Part shown: piece by piece, positions 60,358-64,000 of the stretch | Layout: every line of letters starts with the position of its first letter | Numbering within the stretch: position 1 is the first letter of the stretch | Assembly: GCA_963801815.1 (NCBI GenBank) | Contig: CAWDGJ010000002.1 | Location: 832,001 to 896,000, forward strand | DNA length: 64,000 bases | Origin: an uncultured Verrucomicrobiae bacterium | Lineage (GTDB): Bacteria > Verrucomicrobiota > Verrucomicrobiia > Chthoniobacterales > UBA10450 | Direction: 5' to 3' | Notes under the pieces: model-generated | The model's input: the letters and a program-made list of their open reading frames with translations, nothing else | Told to the model about the DNA's origin: nothing | The model's database searches: none | Translations under genes and position numbers: made by a program

Positions 60358-62577
60358 TTTTCTGCGGTCGGCAGAACGAAGTAAAACCGTGCCCCGCCTC
60401 CATTAATATTTTCAGCCGAAACTTTACCGCCATGAGCTTCAATAATCGAGCGCACAATGGCCAGGCCCATGCCAAGGCCTTCCTCCTTCGTTGTGAAAAA
60501 CTGTTCGAACATCCGTTGGCGAGCTTTTTCGGGAATCCCCGCCCCATAATCTCGCACAATCATTCGGACGGTGCCGTCGCCATTCTTCTCGGTGGCGATC
60601 TCTACTTTGCGCTGACTTGGCGGTGTCCCATTCATCGCCTCAAAGGCATTGATGACGAGATTGATGAGGACCTGCTGAATTTCTAACGGATCACCTTCAA
60701 TTCCGGGCAAACCTTCTACCAGAGAAAGCGTCAACTCGCATGAATGCAGCCGCGCATCCGGCTCAAGCATATGTGCCACACGCCCGGCGAGGTCGTTCAA
60801 GTTTATGCGTTCTCGCAATCCGCCACCTTTATTAATGGCGTTGCGAATGTGCTGAATAATGTCGCTGGCGCGCCGTCCGTCCGCTGCGATGTCAACGAGG
60901 ATCTCACGAAGCTGTGCAAGGTCGACATTGCCGCGATCGATGAAACGCTGCGCTGCGCTCGCGTTACTGGTGATCCCCGAAAGCGGTTGATTCAGTTCAT
61001 GGGCGATAGACGCAGTCGTTTCGCCCAGCAGATTGATTCGGCTGAGGCGACTGATTTGCTCGCGGCTGCGGCGCGCGTCCTGTTCGGCCTGTTTTCGTGC
61101 GGTCACATCCATCGCGACGCCCAGTAAGCGTGACAGGTTGCCGCTCGCATCGCTGACACACCGGCCGCGACCGCTGATCCAGCGGAGGGCCCTGTCGGGC
61201 AGCACGATTCGATACTCAATTTCGTAGCCGCCCTGCGTTTCTATTGCGTGCTTTATCGCCAACTCATGCGCGAGACGATCTTCGGGATGAACCCGATCAC
61301 GAAACGCTGCGTAGGTAACTGGAATCGTTTGATTAAGTTGAAAAAGTTCGACCGCTTTGTCGGACATCCAGAATTCGTTTGTTTTCGTGTCCAGTTCCCA
61401 CACGCCCAGGTGCGCAGTGTCGGCCGCGAGTGCGACTCGCTCTTCAAATTCGTGCAAGGCTTGCTCCTTTTTCAACAGATCGGTGATGTCAACACAGGCG
61501 CCAATGTAACCTCGGAAATTTCCATCCACTCCAAAGCGCGGCATACCGCGGTCCGTCAACCACCGGTATTCCCCGTCCTGTCGTCGGAGCCGATACTGCA
61601 TCACGAACGGTTCGCGGGCATCGAACGCATCGCTGTAGGTTTGCAAACATTTGCCGAAATCATCGGGGTGCACGCCCTGGGTCCAGCCGTCTCCGCGCTC
61701 CTGTTCTATCGTTCGTCCGCTGAATTCAAGCCACGCTTTGTTGAAGAACGTGCATAGTTTATCCAGGCCCGACATCCAGATCATGACTGGCGCGGCGTTG
61801 GCCATTGTTCGAAAACGTTCCTCGCTCTCAAGCAGAGCAGGCTTCGCTGGCTTGCAGCTTTAAAGCGACTTGTCCGGCGCGAAACAGGTCGGAGCCGAGT
61901 TCAAATGCCATCGCGAACAGAATCGCTGCAAAGGGAAAGCTGACAAAATACGGCTCGTTAATGATCTGGTGCTGAGTTATCGCCGCGACACTCGCCGCAA
62001 CCAGCACGAACAAGCTAGTGCTTCCACCCACGACCAAAGCACGACGGCGACTCTCAGGCGTGCCTTGTCTCCACAAGGCGATCGACGCATCGACCAGGAA
62101 TAGCAACAGGAGCACCGAACTGAATTCGGCCAGATAAATGCGGGAACTAATCACCCCTACCGCCGCCGAAACGTTCTCGCCGAGGAAATGTAATTGCCGC
62201 AACCCGGTGATTTCCCGGTAACTGAGACTTGGTGTCACTGCGAAGTTGACGATCAGGCAGACAAAGCGCATTGCACATGCCGAGAGTCCTAGCCAAAGCC
62301 GGCCGGTGCCGAGATAAAGGCGAACAAAGCCGACGAGTGCAACTACTAAGAGGAAAATCGGTAGCTGCATCCATCGCAGCGCTTGAACAAAGTGCTCGAT
62401 GGAGTCCGCTCGCATCATCAATAATTCGCCGACCGCGATTCCAATCACCGCGGCTGCGGCCAGGACAAAAAACAGATGTGCTCCGCGCCGCTGCCAGATT
62501 CCAACTAGAAGATGTGGCAAAGCGAGTGCCACACATCCGCCAACCAACATCGCCCACAGGAAAGTGACCCAGCTCAT
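60354..62577 (-). CDS. Membrane-anchored PAS-PAS sensor histidine kinase, frameshift near 61838
   Basis: Multi-TM N-terminus (MSWVTF...), then in another frame ALLESEERFRTMANAAP, two PAS, AHELNQPL, DYGAG, GLGMGL; ATGA overlap with the regulator; span is 3n+1. Confidence 0.88.
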
Positions 62578-62853
62578 AATTGATTCCAAAAAATGATAGT
62601 TGGGCTGCCGAAGCCTGAATCGCCGCGAATTGCGTTTGTTGCCGCAAATCTTGTGATGGGTTGACCCCGAAAACATCGCCATCGGGTAGAGTCCGAACAG
62701 GCTGCCGCGCCCAACTCAGCAGCTACGTGCGACACGCCTCGCATACAAAGACAGACGTGCGCCCAAGCGTCATCGTTCCGTATCAAGGAGAGTGAGTTCC
62801 CCAAGCTTCCTTTTAACACGCTGCGGGACCTTTGAGAAGTCTATGTTTGGCTG

Positions 62854-63375
62854 CTAGGCTGTCGCCCAATCCAGCCGGGGAGTTTTGGGAGTTTGATCGC
62901 GCTCGATGAAATGCGCTTTCGCACCAAGGACGAGCGCGCCGACCACAATCGGAGCGCAGATCAGGATCTTCATGAATCCCAACGCAACCAGCGCGACGAT
63001 TCCCAATACGATCGAACCTGCCCTCAAAAAACTCGCAAGTCTGAAAGAAAAACGTTTGGTCAGCACCGGAAGGCCTTGTGCAATCCACTGCTTCATCCCG
63101 CCATCGACAACCGTGGAGTTCACATAGCCGGACGCCCGCAGAATTCCTGCGGCGAGACTGGCTTTCACGCGATCATCGGAAACTACATAAACTGGTTCCG
63201 CTGTTCGCCGCCATCTTAGAAATCCCTTGGGCTTTACAAGTTCGGCAAATGGAAGCGATCGCGCTCCGGGAATGTGCATCGCCGAAAATTCCTTCTTCGA
63301 ACGAATATCGATCAAATCCAGCGGTTCATGGTTCTCGATCAACAGCTCCAGTGTCGAACAATCCAGCGTTTTCAT
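62854..63375 (-). CDS. Rhodanese-like domain membrane protein (YgaP-like)
   Basis: LIDIRSKKEF, HIPGA, VDGGMKQW, two C-terminal TMs; no active-site Cys. Confidence 0.8.
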   Translation of the reverse strand: MKTLDCSTLELLIENHEPLDLIDIRSKKEFSAMHIPGARSLPFAELVKPKGFLRWRRTAEPVYVVSDDRVKASLAAGILRASGYVNSTVVDGGMKQWIAQGLPVLTKRFSFRLASFLRAGSIVLGIVALVALGFMKILICAPIVVGALVLGAKAHFIERDQTPKTPRLDWATA

Positions 63376-63410
63376 TCGCAACCTTTTTATCCTCAACGTT
63401 GTGAAGTGCA

Positions 63411-63430
63411 TATGAGACCTTCGTCCCATG
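63411..63430. promoter_or_regulatory. Regulator box TATGAGACCTTCGTCCCATG
   Basis: Consensus match in a divergent gap, 36 bp from ATG 63375. Confidence 0.85.
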
Positions 63431-63490
63431 GCAGGGGGGCGGGCGAACCTCTATGGTTCGCCGCTAATGCAATTAAAGGAGTTACAATTT

Positions 63491-63940
63491 ATGATTAATG
63501 TAAAGAAAATCGGGATTCTGCTGCTGGCCCTTGGCCTAACCACGGCGTTCGGCGCCCAGACGGCGGCGGCGGCCGAAGAAAGACCAGATGCAACTTTAGA
63601 TCTGAGCAGCGGAGCAGTCGCCGCCGGAATCGGTTTCAGCTGGGGCGGTGGGACACTGCACTACAAAGGCAAGGATTACCCCATCAAGGTTAGCGGAATG
63701 TCGCTGGGCAAAGTCGGGCTGTCGAAAGCGACCGCGCGCGGCAATGTCTATAACCTTAAACATCTCCGTGACTTTGACGGCAATTACACTTCGACCGGTG
63801 TAGGAATGACTCTCGCCGGCGGGCGTGCGGCCACGGCAATGAGAAATCAGCACAACGTTAAAGTCGCCGTTTACTCGACGACCAAAGGTCTCGATGTCAC
63901 CATCGGCGGCGCCGGCGTTGACATGACGATTAAAAAATAA
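63491..63940 (+). CDS. Secreted protein, EipA/DUF1134-like
   Basis: Signal peptide; GIGFSWGGGTLHY, GNVYNL, DFDGNY. Confidence 0.7.
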   Translation: MINVKKIGILLLALGLTTAFGAQTAAAAEERPDATLDLSSGAVAAGIGFSWGGGTLHYKGKDYPIKVSGMSLGKVGLSKATARGNVYNLKHLRDFDGNYTSTGVGMTLAGGRAATAMRNQHNVKVAVYSTTKGLDVTIGGAGVDMTIKK

Positions 63941-63959
63941 GCTGACAGTTTCATGAGTA

Positions 63960-63997
63960 ATGGGCGCGCCGTCGATCCGGCGCGCCATTTTCATTTC
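63960..63997 (+). terminator. Intrinsic terminator
   Basis: GGCGCGCCG-TCGATC-CGGCGCGCC followed by ATTTTCATTT, about 20 bp after the stop. Confidence 0.65.
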
Positions 63998-64000
63998 CCC

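Overview
GC-rich bacterial DNA, probably Verrucomicrobia (Chthoniobacterales-like; inferred from protein family style only). About 55 genes, nearly all on the minus strand. They include a prokaryotic pentameric ligand-gated ion channel, two tandem DUF3300-DUF2950 pairs, several outer-membrane beta-barrel and secreted proteins, and four Cys-type sulfatases with a formylglycine-generating enzyme. Also present: a HAD phosphatase, a 2H phosphoesterase, cardiolipin synthase, NhaA, SulP, AI-2E, VIT, an RND pump, SthA, PPK2 and an L,D-transpeptidase. Signalling genes are three FixL/NodV-type PAS histidine kinases, five stand-alone receiver proteins and one FixJ-family DNA-binding regulator. Two non-genic systems stand out. 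(1) A 20-bp quasi-palindrome, about TATTGGAC-N4-GTCYYAYN, occurs about 23 times, almost always just upstream of start codons. Its core resembles the mycobacterial DosR box, suggesting the window is one clustered two-component regulon. (2) Six REP-like hairpin elements lie in 30.4-35.6 kb. Three flank a GxxExxY PD-(D/E)XK nuclease gene, and that cassette sits between two copies of the 3' end of the FGE gene, which looks like an integration footprint. Several genes carry single-base indels, mostly insertions, that are probably sequencing errors. There are also real gene remnants. No rRNA, tRNA, CRISPR array or transposase was seen.
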